Positions 1 to 12,629 of a DNA stretch of 55,819 nucleotides are shown in pieces. Origin of the DNA: Perkinsus chesapeaki ATCC PRA-425 (lineage: Eukaryota; Protista; Perkinsozoa). The notes under the pieces are model-generated. The model was not told where the DNA came from and did not search any database. It saw only the letters and a program-made list of their open reading frames with translations. The position numbers and the translations under genes were made by a program. The stretch lies in assembly GCA_013115145.1 (NCBI GenBank), contig JAAPAO010000189.1, positions 1 through 55,819 on the forward strand, in the 5' to 3' direction. Position 1 is the first letter of the stretch; each line of letters starts with the position of its first letter.

Positions 1-198
1 AGTAGGAGATATAATATAAAATATGTTACTAGTGCGGAGTAGGAGGAGATATAATATAAAATATGTTACTAGTTATACTAGTTCTCCTTCCCTTTCTTCT
101 TCTAACTACTTTCTTCCTCTTCTCTTTCCTCTTCCTTTACTTTTGCCATCTTCCTTTCATTTGCCTTCTGTGCCATATCTTCGTGCATTCGCCTCAAA

Positions 199-1130
199 TC
201 AACAGCAGCAGCTCTCTTTGATGAGGAAGAGGCGGCGGCGCGGCCGGTGACAGCAGCAGGCCCTATCATACAAATATCTATTATTAAAGAAGAGAGCGGT
301 ATGATGACCTTTATTATTCTTATTAGTAGTAGTAGTAGTCTGCTTTGGTGTTGGGTCATGTTTAGCAGTACTAACGGTTGTAGGGAGTAATAAAAAGTCA
401 TCATCGTCATCCTCATCATCAGCATAGGCAGCATCCGCCCAACTTGGACCTGCTAATTTCCATACCAACTTTCCCACAAATCTTCTCCTACCTGCTCTAA
501 TGTGTTGTCTGTCACTTTTCTTTTTATTATCTTTTTTATCTTTTATTACTCCATCAATAGTATTATCATTATTACTATCATTATCCCTCGGTGGGCTGTT
601 ACTATCATCTCTATTATTATATACTGCCTGCCCACTATAGCTAGTTGCTCGTGTATTGTCTCGGAGTTGGCCAGTCGACCTCCTCGACCCTCCACCACCA
701 CTCGCCGTCTTGTCACTTTTTAATCCTTCTCTTTCGTCAGAACCATTATTATTCCCATCTAAAGTCATACCGATTTTTCCCCAGATTTTCCCTGAATGAC
801 CCACCTTTAGCCGTTAAAACAGGAGGGCCACCATCTTTAAGCACCTATCACCACTCGTATCACCACCCCTTACCCTTAAACCGCTTACCTCATCATCCTT
901 TCTTTTATGACTCAATGTCCCTTGTCTAATTAATACTCCTGTTTTCTCTTCAGGTGTTACTGGTGCAGTTGTTGATGGAGAATCACCTTTATTCGCTTTA
1001 ATAACGACTTTACTCGCTTTAGCCTTCTTTTTAAAAAGTGTTCTCTTTCTTGGATCTACCGCTGCTCTATTTGTCATCTCTCTATTTTTAATACCGCTCT
1101 TTTCTTTAATCGTAGATGTTATTTCCTTTA
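199..1130 (-). CDS. Hypothetical low-complexity Lys/Asp/Asn-rich protein, 3' exons only
   Basis: Adjacent minus-strand ORFs 814-1077 (extendable upstream to ~1130) and 199-804 with protein-like composition; exon joins not resolved; no recognisable domain. Confidence 0.4.
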
Positions 1131-1289
1131 TAGGAATTGACGTAATTTAAAGGCGCGTGAAAGTTTAAGACGATTCAACACCGTCAAACTGAAAGTAATA
1201 TCATCATCCTACGACCATAAGCGCGCGAAAACATGGAAACGCAAAAGTGGTAAACATGAAACGCTTCGCTCCGCTGTCAAGCCCTAAAA

Positions 1290-2517
1290 ATGGTAAACAT
1301 GAAACGCTTCGCTCCGCCAAAATGTGCGATTCCTGTTGTGGAGATTTTGGCCGCAGTCGTAATGGGAATTAATTCCAGTAAAGGAGATACTAAAGATTGT
1401 GTAAATGATGGTAATAATAAATAATATATTCTTATTTATAAAGATCCGCCGATTTATACATCTTTTTCCCATCACTAGTTTTTAACAATCGACCGTATCT
1501 ATAATAACATGGCTATTAACAAGTATCTCTTAGTAGCTCAGATGGACCTATTAAAATGATGGTACCACTCTGCGCCTGTCTTGTTGTTTTTGAGGCCAAA
1601 TGGTCCCAAAAAGGTTTTAATTCTTCCTTTCGTTTTAATCTTGACCTTGGTGATGGTGTTAATTTATCGGGGACATCCTCTGCTTGAATAAATACATAAC
1701 CGAGATATCTAATAACAAATAATAAGTGTTGTTCACTTTACCTCCAAGTTGAGCTATAAAATATCTTTACTGGAAAATTGGCGCATTAGTTATAATATTT
1801 CAATTTTATGAGATTGTCTTTCCTTATATACCCATTTGTGTCAATAAATCTGGTATTTCATCTTTGGTAGATTCCGCGGTCTACAAATCGGCATCGATCG
1901 AAATAGGCAAACTCCTTGAATGTGATGACTGGATTCGGAAAGACAGCGATGTTATACCAGTTACAGATCCGTAAGGATGGCTAGAGGTGTCAGAAAAGAT
2001 AATAATAGCAGTTATTGGAAGTTAAATGGTGGAGCAATGTCGATATGTGAGGGATTAAGCAGGATAAGTCACGCGCCCAACAATGTAGTCGAAGTTAAAC
2101 GAATGGTAAGAGAAATGCGATGTATTTGGTGACACGGTTGGCAGTTAAACAATCTACCGAGTGGGCGTGGGTTCGAATCGCTGGTGAGGGTTTTTATCGA
2201 CGAGATTAAATTAATATTCAAAATGTACGAGGATGGAGGTGTTGCTGCGAATGGAAGTATAGCGGCAGGGAACGCTTTATCAGTGGTACTTGGTGGAAAG
2301 TTGGGGAGTTGGTGGAGAATACGGTATGACAGGTTTTAAGACTGGCAGTTAGGCTTTTACCAGCAGCGAGGATGCCTGTATTAAGGGAATTGAGCAAAGA
2401 AATGGAACGACTGTTTGGAAGGAAATCTGAGCTATATGAGGATACGGTAGAAGTCGATTGGACTGCTGCTGCTGCTGCTGCTGCTGGGATTCGGCAGCTG
2501 GTGGTGGAATAACCCAC
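1290..2517 (+). CDS. Multi-exon hypothetical protein (tentative model)
   Basis: Removing GT-AG intron 1971-2011 joins ...DSDVIPVTDP to YWKLNGGAMSICEGLSRISHAPNNVVEVKRM in frame; strong donor GTAAGA at 2106. Other junctions unresolved. Confidence 0.4.
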
Positions 2518-2715
2518 TTTTAGGGCTCTTTACGGCAAAGGATGGTTTAATTTGTCTTATTAGGTTAGTCTATACTCGTCATTATTTGAATTATGTATCA
2601 CATTATGGCGAATAGAAGACACAAAGAAGGACAATAATGGTAGATAATAAGTGCAGCAACAGGGATTTGAACCATGGACCTTTCGATCAATAACAGATAC
2701 TACTTCCTCACTCAG

Positions 2716-4843
2716 CAGCGGTGCTTCTATTTCGACCGAAGATGCCTCGTCGTCACCATCCACTATTGTGGTTTATCCCTATTTAAATGACTTCGTTGCT
2801 GCTATCATCGATCATTCTTCCCCCGAAATCTCCCTCGAGAATTTCATCCTCTTATTACTGCGAGCGATGACGTCCCCGATGGTACGATTGCAAAATACAG
2901 CCATGGCGGTTTTTAATATCATGGTAAAATTTCCCGGAAAATTTTCGGAATCTTTTTTATTCAGGCTCATTTGGATCCAAAGATACGTGCTATCGGAAAA
3001 GATATCTTCGTATCTCGATCGCACCCGGAAGAATTTAATATTCTTTTGGCAAGATTGTCGCTGCAGTTGATACAGAAAGGCCGCCGACAGGAATCTTTGG
3101 AACTATTAACATTGTAAGAACAAAGAGGCAACGGAAAAATATTCTCGAAGGTATACGGTATTAGTGCGGTCTCCGAACGCTTTGGCCTCATTACAGGCCA
3201 GGACTGATGCTGATAACACATTAATACCACTTGCAGAAACTATGTAGTAAAGTTGGGGGGAGGGGGGGAATAGTTGCTACATGTCTCAGTAGTTACCAAG
3301 CAACATTATCACCTTCTTCCCCATCTTTACTCATGTCAATAAGAGTTATAATATTATTATTAATGGTTAGATGAAATATCGGTATGAATGCGAATACTCA
3401 ATTCTGTTAGGTCCGTCAGGTTGGCTGTTCTCTTAATGCCTCTGAATGCATGCTCAAGAAGCGGGATTTCCAGGGCTTATATAAAAGTGAGCAAGTTGTC
3501 AATAATTGCAAAGATTGTTACCTTCAGGAGACCACCTGGAAAAGAGTAGCAGCAGCGATGACGATGATGAGGAGGAGGAGGAGGATGCTGAACTTGATTC
3601 AGCTAGAGCTGTCAGTATGTCTCCTGGAATCGGGGGCCGGCTTTTAAGTTTTGATCAGTTGTGAAATTATTTCGCTTGTTCATTTCTGTCATGTCATGAA
3701 CAGTTGGAGCAAACATATCATTATAATGTCGACGACAACAACGTATTAAATAATCTTAGGAAAATATTGTAAAAAATTACCATTTATTAAAATGATTCTC
3801 ATTTTTTAAGTTCTTTCAATAACGAAATAAATGGCCCATCACGTTTCATGGGCTGCTGGCCTTCTTTCTGTCAGCGCAGCGACAAAGAGGGCGAATTAAT
3901 CTAATAATAAAGACATGCAATAGTGACACTGGCGGGAATAACTTTGACATAAACTCGTATATGGAAGTCTGAGGAACGGCGACATCATTAATCCTCAGGT
4001 CGCATAGGAATTTTAAACAACTGGAAGAAGTATGGTAGCTTTTCTTCTTTTTCTTTTCCTTCATCGCTCATTTCATCATCATCGTTAGGTGTATCGTCGA
4101 TATTAGTGTTGGTATTGGTTCGAACGGCCCATTGGAACTACTCTACAGGAAGGGATGAGTTTTTAACAATCGCCATTGCAGCAACCTTACAGAATCTGGC
4201 ACGGGCTGGAGTGAAGAATTTGAATTGGTTGGTGGTGCAGAAACTACTTGCATTCACTAAGTTGATTGCTAAAACGACACCAGTGAGATCTGAGGTGATC
4301 CAGACACCTAATGAGTTGCTATTGTTGAGTCTGATGTGTTTGATAACAACATCGATGGCTCCGATAAATATATTGAGTAACACTCCACTGGTCTATGCTT
4401 TATTACGGGAACATGAAGCTGTTTTAATGAATAACACAAAAGGGGACACAAAAGGGGACATTCAATCGTGTCGAGGCTGTCTCCAATCTATGTGTCAAAA
4501 GTTATGTCAGATTATTGATCTGGGTGGTGATGAAGATTGGCTTGACACTGCCAATTTGAATGATATTATGAAATATATCACCGGCAAACTAGCCTCATCC
4601 GGTGCCGCTGATACCGGTCGTGACAGCCTTGGGTTCAACGAAGCTTCTGCTGGAGGGCCTTGTGGGAAGTGCTTCAATCGATGTTTTAACTACAATGATA
4701 ATGCGCAGACTAACTGTGATGAATTGATTTGGTCTGTGGTTTTCGAGACCAGTATGCCAGTTCGATGGACTTACTGGTTACCACCAGTTCCTACCCGGCC
4801 TGCTGTCGGGGTAGTTCATAGTAGGAAAACATCTATCGGATGA
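2716..4843 (+). CDS. DYM: Dymeclin/HID1-family protein, multi-exon; only the last exon 4089-4843 is securely assigned
   Basis: Last exon reads SSILVLVLVRTAHWNYSTGRDEFLTIAIAATLQNLA...ILSNTPLVYALLRE. This matches the dymeclin motifs [32 protein letters not shown] and NPNLVYALLY (recalled). Upstream exons at ~2716-3170 and ~3527-3660 are tentative. Confidence 0.65.
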
Positions 4844-4929
4844 ATTGTTGTATATTTCTATCATTTCGCTGGAATTGAATTTGTCAATTATTGAATCATT
4901 AACAGTATTATTATCATCCACCACCACTG

Positions 4930-5571
4930 ATGATGATGTTTAATACATTATTACTTATATTCACTTTCATCATTCAAGGCGTTCACCTTCGACCAGCCGA
5001 TCCGGATGGCAGTGGCGCAGAAGCGGCGGACTTTTCTCCCTTAGACCCTGTCGAAGATTTGATCTATGTTGGCGAGATAACACTGACATGCATTCTAAGG
5101 GTCATCCTTCTAGACTCGGTTGTGCTATCATTTCGTAATACAACCGATGGTCCAGAAATGCAGATGTCGGTGACTGCAAGGAAGAAGAATAATAAGCAAC
5201 ACCTTTTGACGCATCGACTGTCGTGGTATAGAATTGAGGTAGATGGGGATGGTATGATGAATATATTACCAAGAAATGGAGATGAGGAAGAAGAGTACGA
5301 GTCCAGTAGGAAGCATATATACGATATGATAATCAAACCTGAACATAAGCATCTGAAAATGCCAAAGTTGATTGAGAAGCATTATGAGATACCAATTACT
5401 TACAATTGTACCACAAAGGAATTGTCTATCGACTTCAGGCTTGCTAGGGATTTACCGTTGGCTATTTTGACGAAGTCTATCATTGGTATTGGTGGAGGTG
5501 ATCTTGGCGAGAAGAAGAAGGATTCGCTACTCAGACAGGTCTTGGAGCGTAATCATCATCCTACTCACTGA
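4930..5571 (+). CDS. Intronless secreted hypothetical protein (213 aa)
   Basis: Open ORF with hydrophobic N-terminal signal-like peptide MMMFNTLLLIFTFIIQGVHL. Confidence 0.7.
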   Translation: MMMFNTLLLIFTFIIQGVHLRPADPDGSGAEAADFSPLDPVEDLIYVGEITLTCILRVILLDSVVLSFRNTTDGPEMQMSVTARKKNNKQHLLTHRLSWYRIEVDGDGMMNILPRNGDEEEEYESSRKHIYDMIIKPEHKHLKMPKLIEKHYEIPITYNCTTKELSIDFRLARDLPLAILTKSIIGIGGGDLGEKKKDSLLRQVLERNHHPTH

Positions 5572-6899
5572 TTATATTTATTCACTATTTATTATAATGT
5601 GTGTTGTGAATGTTCTTATTCTTCTTCCATTCGATGATGATGATGTTGTTGTATAGACCCACTATACCTGGTTCCTAGTTAATCAGCCAATCATTACCCG
5701 ATTAATAGTCCTGCTTATAGCATCCTTTTAGAGGATGAACCTGAACATGACCAAGTGATAACCTCGATCCACCTTAAAGAAGTGATAAACCACCTCTATC
5801 ACAATGAGCATAACCTCGATCCACCTCCAGAATTTCCAACTCGCAAAGTTAGTCGCCGTCTACGTGCGTAGCGTGGATTAAAGTGGATTGGATTTCGAGG
5901 ACATCTTCTCTTATTTTGAAGCCGGTCGCCTCCTGTCTGTTTATATGCTAAAAGGGTTTAGATAACATCGTCTCCAACTTGTTCTTCGGAGATGGTTTAA
6001 TACCTACACCATCGTTGTCGGTGAAAGAACTACATAGTGGTGGCTCTTCAGGTTCATCGTACTTATCCCAGTAGAATCGGCTTGAGCAAAGAATGGGCAG
6101 TTGACAGGTTCAGTCTAGTCATAATGAATTGTGGTGTAGGATGTCACCCGGGACAGGATGACATCATTGAAAGATGTTATGACATGAAGAGATATGTCAC
6201 CGGCCTGTCAAGATTATTGAGACTTCCTTACTTTGAGTAATGATTGTTGCCAGTGGTGATGACAGATGGCTAGTAGGAAATAATGCCCAAATAGGAACGC
6301 ACAGGTCTCTTAGTCCATACCTTGCATACCTTTATCCACCTCGATCAGCTTTGTAAAGGTTTCAGTGGATACCATTCAATTCGTATGATTATCTGTCAGA
6401 CTAGAACCAGACTCTTTCAGCCTCGGTCTGAAGGACCCTGTAGCCTCGGACACTTCGGTAGCGTTGCATCACAATTAGACGAAGTAATACTTTTAGTTTA
6501 ACCCACGGATAGAATTATGCTAGTACTGGTTGAAGATACCGGCAAATTTAAGTTCGATTCGTGCATCCCACAACAGAAAAGATTGTTTCAAGCACGAATC
6601 GTTGTAGCTGAGGGAGACCAACCTAGATTTCAATATTGGTCCGGTCACTCCCTTATAGACTGATCGACACTTTGGTCTCAATACTCCCACTGTTTTGTTC
6701 ATTGTCTCCGGAATCTTATTACTTGCAGACATTCAAAAGAAGCCAATCGAGTTAAACTTGCTCTATCTCAAAGCACAAAGGCCGATTTCCAAGCTAATCT
6801 TCAATGACCTTGAGTATCTCCCAGATAGTAAATCAAGTAAATTCGAGGTTAGCTCAACTCTGGACATTTACGATATATCCGATACTAGTTCCTTGTGTC

Positions 6900-8669
6900 A
6901 TGTTTCATAACGATGAAGATACCACCAATAACAAGCCCTCATCATCGTCTTCATCATCATCACACTGTCATGCCGCTGCCGCCGACGATACTTCCTCCCT
7001 CTTAAGTCGCCTTAACATCGTCGAGCTCACTGATTGCCAAAATTTCCCAGCCGAACACATTCGGGAGAAGCTCGCTTTGGAGGTGGTGAATATTTCCTAT
7101 TAGATATCTGCTGGTTCATTATACGGATAGGTACATCGTTATTATGATGATTACATCACTATTAAAAGGGTTGGTATCGATCCTGAAGCCGGTGGGACAA
7201 TAACTGATATTGATGCTACGTTGAACAACAACGATGGCAAGTGAGGCAACGGTCTGGGCGATTATTATAAAAATATTCTTTATTTCCATCATGTTTGAGA
7301 AGTCCATTTTCCTTTCCATTATTGATACTAGTTCAATGCAGCCTATTTCAGATCATTTCCAATCACCATAGTCTGTCAGCATCCATCATTCCTTACCTAC
7401 TCCACCACTGATAATGATGGAACACCAGTCGAAGTCTCTGATTGGGTACATCGCTCCGCTCGAGGGGGATGTTATTTTATCATCAGATTTCGACTATGTG
7501 TCCCTTTGGCGCCTCAGACGAGTGCCGAACTTTATCTGCTTTCCTACACTTTGGGCATTCAAAGTGGTGCGGGAAAAATAATAAAGAAAAGGTGAATTTC
7601 AATCTGAAAAATTTCACTCGCACTTCTCAGGACGCGCGTACCATCGAGCTGTCCCCTAAATTGTGTCGCACATCGTCTTCGCAACTTGCCGATGAGTAAG
7701 CCAACATCTAATCACTTTTGCTAAGATATTTCAGACGGTTTGCTAAAGCAAGATATCTACGGGGAGTTGGTCGACGAGCGAAGGCATTGGATGCTCTACT
7801 AGGAGTTCTAGAATTAGACCCAGATCATAGCCAAGCACAGCAAGCAAGAAAATCTTTGTCGTTGTTTCCTATATATCCTTCACAGTACTTCTCACATCTT
7901 TTCGATGAAGTTGCAGAGAGTTCGATAGAAGCACGAACTCCACCTCATCACTCTGGCGGTGCTGCATCATCTTCCTCCTCGACAACCTCGGCTTACCACC
8001 ACGCCGCTACAGCACCAGTTCACAGCAGAGCTGCTGCTGGCTCGGGTGGCATGCATAGTACCGACAAGAGTTGTTTATCTATCTACACTGGTGGTAGGTA
8101 GACGAAGCAGTAGCTCAGTTACTGGTGGCAATAGAAGTGATCAAGGGAGATCTGCTACAGTAGAGGCCTCTTCACCTGCCGATTCTGTGAGTTAGTTAAC
8201 CTTCCTCAGTCGACGATGATTTAACCCCTCCATTGAATCACCATTATTATAATTTATTTCCTAGATAGGACATTCTCCGATCTTGGTAGCGGAAATATCT
8301 TTTCCGGCTTCCTTGACATACAGGCTTTCGAATTCCCTCAGCTCCTCAATGAGGTCAAGAAGGATATCATCATTTCGCTCAAAGCTTTTGATCAGTTAAC
8401 CCCTTACTTTCAATTCACCATCACGTGCCTCGGCCAACTGAACTTCTTTACGTCCGACGACCAGCACCACTAACATTCAAGATGTGTTTTATCGCACCTC
8501 AATTGCTCAGATGCTCCTCCCAGATGATGGTCGTCCTCCACTTCCCCCCGATTCTACCACTACTGCCAGTCAGTGGAGCAGCAGGAGCACCACCCCGACA
8601 AGTGGTTGTTGTCTTTCTGATCACGATGATAATGATGATGATGTTGTTCTGGATTATTTTTATCATTAG
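6900..8669 (+). CDS. Multi-exon protein with a TPR-like motif
   Basis: Exon at ~7735 encodes FAKARYLRGVGRRAKALDALLGVLELDPDHSQAQ (TPR-like helix pair ending LELDP). Further plausible exons at ~8266-8395 and ~8480-8669; boundaries approximate. Confidence 0.5.
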
Positions 8670-8745
8670 TGTTTCGGTTATTGCCACGTTTTGGTGTTCT
8701 ACTGAACAGTACATGAACGAAACAAAGTGAAAACGCGGAAAATAC

Positions 8746-10653
8746 TCATATTTCATCCGACAACAAATCAGATAAGGAGACAACAACGCCATCAGTTGTG
8801 ATATATGATACACTTCTAGCAGCATCGACTTTCATCTTATCATCATCGTCGTTGTCGTTGGTAGCCTTCTCATGGCTTCTTTTCACTTCTTCTTTGTCCG
8901 CCCTTTCATTTGCTTTTAGTGCATCTCCATTGCGGGTTGCTGATGGAGCCTCATGACGAGCCTTCCTTTTTTCGTAGTGTGATCTGGATGAAAGTGGGCG
9001 GATGTCACAAAGGAAAGTAGACGGCTCGGCCTGAAATGAATCTTTCCCGGAAGAAATAGAACTTGACAGAATGTAGATGTAGTTATTGATACACACTATT
9101 CCCTACCTGTAATATGTCTTCTAAATATTCGTACACCTCTCTTTGTTTTTCTTGACTATTCTGAAGATTTCTAATTAATTCCATTTCTTCCTAATAGAAG
9201 ACAACAAAGTGGATATCATTGCTGCCGCATGAATGACATAAGTACGGGTATAATGCCCCGTAATCATAGTCTAGGCATTTACTACTGCGCCCTATCCATT
9301 GCGGAAGTTCCTTATCAGGAGGACTTCATTTATGTTATAAAAACCCCCTATGAGGGAGGTATAATTCTGGCTTCGTCTTAGGAAGTTCCTATACCAGGAG
9401 TCCTATCTATCCATATTAGCTTTTTACCAAGGTAGTTGGCTTTATGTCAAATGCTGCTACCACAACTTACTCGTTCCATTGCACGGATTTCTGCTTCAGT
9501 TTTTTTCATCAAGTCCTCCTCCTTTTCGTATCGTTTCTCCATTTCACTTTGTCTCTGGGCCTGACGTTCCTCAATGAGTTTAATTCTGGCTTCATTAGCT
9601 TTGTAACTGCTCGAGAACGCCTTGCTCCAAATTAGCGTGTTGCGCGCCGTTACTGTGAACGCCTCACATATTCCCGACGCTTCCGTGCTAGCTTCATATC
9701 ATCTTCGTGCTTTTTCTCGATTATTTCCGTCATAGCCTGATACCGCTCCCTCTGCAAAGTTAACTTCTTTCAGGGTATACCCTTTTCTCATCTCGTGCTT
9801 GTCTATAAATATCTGTCTTATTGTCTTGTACTCTTTCTAACTTCTCTCTAATCCTGTATCGATTACTTTCACGTTGCTCACAGGCCTTCATACGAATAAG
9901 CTCCAATCGTTTATACTCTGAATCATCCCTGATGAACATGAAACATGGATATATAATATAATTGATTCATATTATGAATCATTAAGTAACATGTATAATA
10001 TTCATAATTCAAGATAATATAGTATTCAGCAACCTACCGACTCTAGATGGAGCACTTTCTCAGGTACTGTAGTTATGGAAATGAGATTTATCATGTCTTT
10101 AAAGCTGCATAGAGATGTGGAATTTAATCAGGTTATCTAATCGAAGTGTCGGTTCGACTTAAGAGTGATGGAAAAGCATCGCATGACATAGATAGTTTTT
10201 CCTCGATAAGTTTCAGAATCGTTCCTTGAACGATTTGACGGTCAAATTTTGACCTTTGGGTTTAAACTCACTTGTTCGCGCGTTTAAGTCTGGCTTCGGC
10301 ATTCTCACGTTTGGATCTAATTAGCTCATCAGCTCGTCTTTTTGCCTCAGATATCCTTTTTTCTGTTCTTATCTGAGATTCACCCTATTAACATCTACCA
10401 ATGTTGCGTATACAGAGTCAGCCTAGGCGATAGCTTGATTAGACAATGTTTGCTTCTTCTCCCTCACCCCTTCATTTCTAAGTAGGGCAATCCTATTGGC
10501 AAGAAGTTCGGCATCTTGTTCGAATCGTTTGCGTGCATCGATCAGTTCAGATAGAGTTCTCGTTGTTACAGCTGAGATGAGAATCCCAAGTCATTGGAGT
10601 ATCAGCGGCCTACCTGATGGAGATGAGCCCTTGGCCGGTTCAGGATAGTCCAT
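8746..10653 (-). CDS. Conserved protist-type coiled-coil protein of unknown function, multi-exon
   Basis: Hand-spliced: MDYPEPAKGSSPSAVTTRTLSELIDARKRFEQDAELLANRIALLRNEG...IRTEKRISEAKRRADELI...KKTEAEIRAMER|EEMELIRNLQNSQEKQREVYEYLEDILQ|AEPSTF...; canonical GT-AG junctions at the joins checked. Confidence 0.72.
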
Positions 10654-11652
10654 ATTTAAAATCTATACTAGTACTAGACAATTAAGGTTCGATTAACTGA
10701 TGTCATATAGTGTCATCTATTAATAGTAATTACTAGTCCCCAACAGTGGAGCTAGTCAAAGGACAGCAGAGACTTGTGAAGAGGAGATGGTTTCGCCGAT
10801 TTAAGGATTTTACTTCGATACACAATCCTATAGCATGTGTTGGACATTTTCACGAGCGCTTGTCCAACACAATATCAAGTGTTTTGGAAAGGTTTACTGT
10901 TGGCTGGGACAAATGCCTCTCGCGAGGAGGCGGAACGATGGGCCTGCGACAGATATAAAATATTGCGCTTTGGCTGAAAAGACCGATACTCAACCACGAG
11001 AGGAATAGCAGTTTGGACAGACGAGGCAAATACGCGTAGAGCAGCAATGCCAGCTGCAAGGTCAAATGGTATATCACTAGTGTTCATTAAGCAGTTGAAG
11101 GAATGTACCTGTGAAATGAATTACCTAGTGTATCTCAAGAAGAGGAGGAAGCGAGTAAGCTTTAAGAGAAAAACAACAATTTATTCATGGGTAACTCCTC
11201 TGCTAGCAACTGCTAGGCAATATTCTTGGTAACGACCTTCATTTTCATGTCATGTGAATTACGTCCACTAGATGACGAAGATCCCGATAACAGCAATTCG
11301 AGAGTTACCCCCCCACAATCTCAGCGGGGAACAAAAAGGGGGGCAGATGGTCAGCAGAAAAGTATCCGTGCAAAAGAACTGTTAAACCATCTTCGGAATG
11401 GGAAGGCCTCCGAGTGATCTAAGTAATCTAGACTCTATGCTACTCCACAGTACTTCATGTTTACTTTCCCCATATGAGATAGTCATTTTACTAGGCAAAG
11501 TGACATCGGCTGTCATCTCCTGTGAGTGCACCGTGAGCCTCTGTGTAACCTCCGCGCAAAGCTAACAATTTCCGTAGTGCAATATGAATGTAATGATCGA
11601 TTCTAAATCCCCTACACATTTCCGATCGAGAGTCGTCGTCAATATAGTAACA

Positions 11653-12192
11653 ATGTCTCGTCTGTTATTTTTACTAGCCTCCTATTATGTACCGCTTGGT
11701 TTTGGTACGGGTTGGAACGACAACTGGAAGCCTCGCACCATGATTGACAGGTTGTCTAAGAAGGGGCATATGAAGCTCACCCCCAAGGAGGATAATAAAT
11801 GTTCTACGGTTAAATCAGTTTCAGTAGCATTCAATAAAGATACAGTACAACTGGGTCTTACTTACATGCTGAAAGGGCAGAGAAAGAGCGAGATTATGAT
11901 AGATTCAACGGTTGAGTATTCAGTTGAGGAGGAGAAAGGTAGAATATATATGTTCTTGAAGCCATCAAATGACGAGGAGATATCAAGCGTCGCTGATGGT
12001 CTGAGATGGTTGAATGCTCATGTAGCTGGGAAGGCTGTGGATGCTGAGAAGTCCGCTGGTCTTGCTGTGGAGCAGTTGACCAAGAACACAGTGAAGGTTG
12101 CTGCGCAGCTCGGTGGCGGTGTGCAATGTGGTTTTGAAAAGACTATCCGCTTACCTCCCCCTCCACCACCACCTACAGCTGGAGGGTTATAA
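11653..12192 (+). CDS. Intronless, probably secreted hypothetical protein with C-terminal polyproline
   Basis: ATG at 11653 gives MSRLLFLLASYYVPLGFG (signal-like); open to TAA at 12192. Confidence 0.7.
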   Translation: MSRLLFLLASYYVPLGFGTGWNDNWKPRTMIDRLSKKGHMKLTPKEDNKCSTVKSVSVAFNKDTVQLGLTYMLKGQRKSEIMIDSTVEYSVEEEKGRIYMFLKPSNDEEISSVADGLRWLNAHVAGKAVDAEKSAGLAVEQLTKNTVKVAAQLGGGVQCGFEKTIRLPPPPPPPTAGGL

Positions 12193-12378
12193 ATGTTGTG
12201 ATAAGTATGATGTTGATGTAAGAAGAAGCGTGTTGAGTTATAGTTTGAATGGTAATTTATTCCTCATGCCAATGGATGATGTTTAATCATTGGTAACAGT
12301 GGTACCATAGTTACTTCATAGGGCTGGGGAAGTATGCGTACCAACACTCTCTATATCCGTGCCCTTATACCCATACCA

Positions 12379-12501
12379 CACCCTCAGCCCAGGACTAGCG
12401 GAGGGTGGGGTAGTATCACCCTCAGCCCAGGACTAGCGGAGGGTGGAGTAGTATCACCCTCAGTCCAGGACTAGCGGAGGGTGGGGTAGTATCACCCTCA
12501 G
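12379..12501. repeat. Tandem repeat, 38-bp unit x ~3.2, each unit containing an inverted repeat
   Basis: Unit CACCCTCAGCCCAGGACTAGCGGAGGGTGGGGTAGTAT starts at 12379, 12417, 12455, with a partial copy at 12493; one substitution each in units 2 and 3. Confidence 0.95.
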
Positions 12502-12629
12502 TAGAATCAAGTACATTCCAATAATTAGGTTTCCATGCACACCATCACCGAGGGTAAGGTTAATATAGTATCCCAAAGATGTTGTAGCCCTTACCTGTTA
12601 CAAGGAACTAGCGACATGAAAGTGTGTTG

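Noticed and set aside
2280-2517. In-frame TGA (2327-2329) between two protein-like stretches, suggesting readthrough/Sec or a 9-nt intron GTATGACAG
   Set aside because: An ordinary ~40-nt intron starting at the same GT explains it equally well; the gene model is unresolved.
12379-12501. CRISPR-like array
   Set aside because: Head-to-tail units without unique spacers, no cas genes, eukaryotic context.
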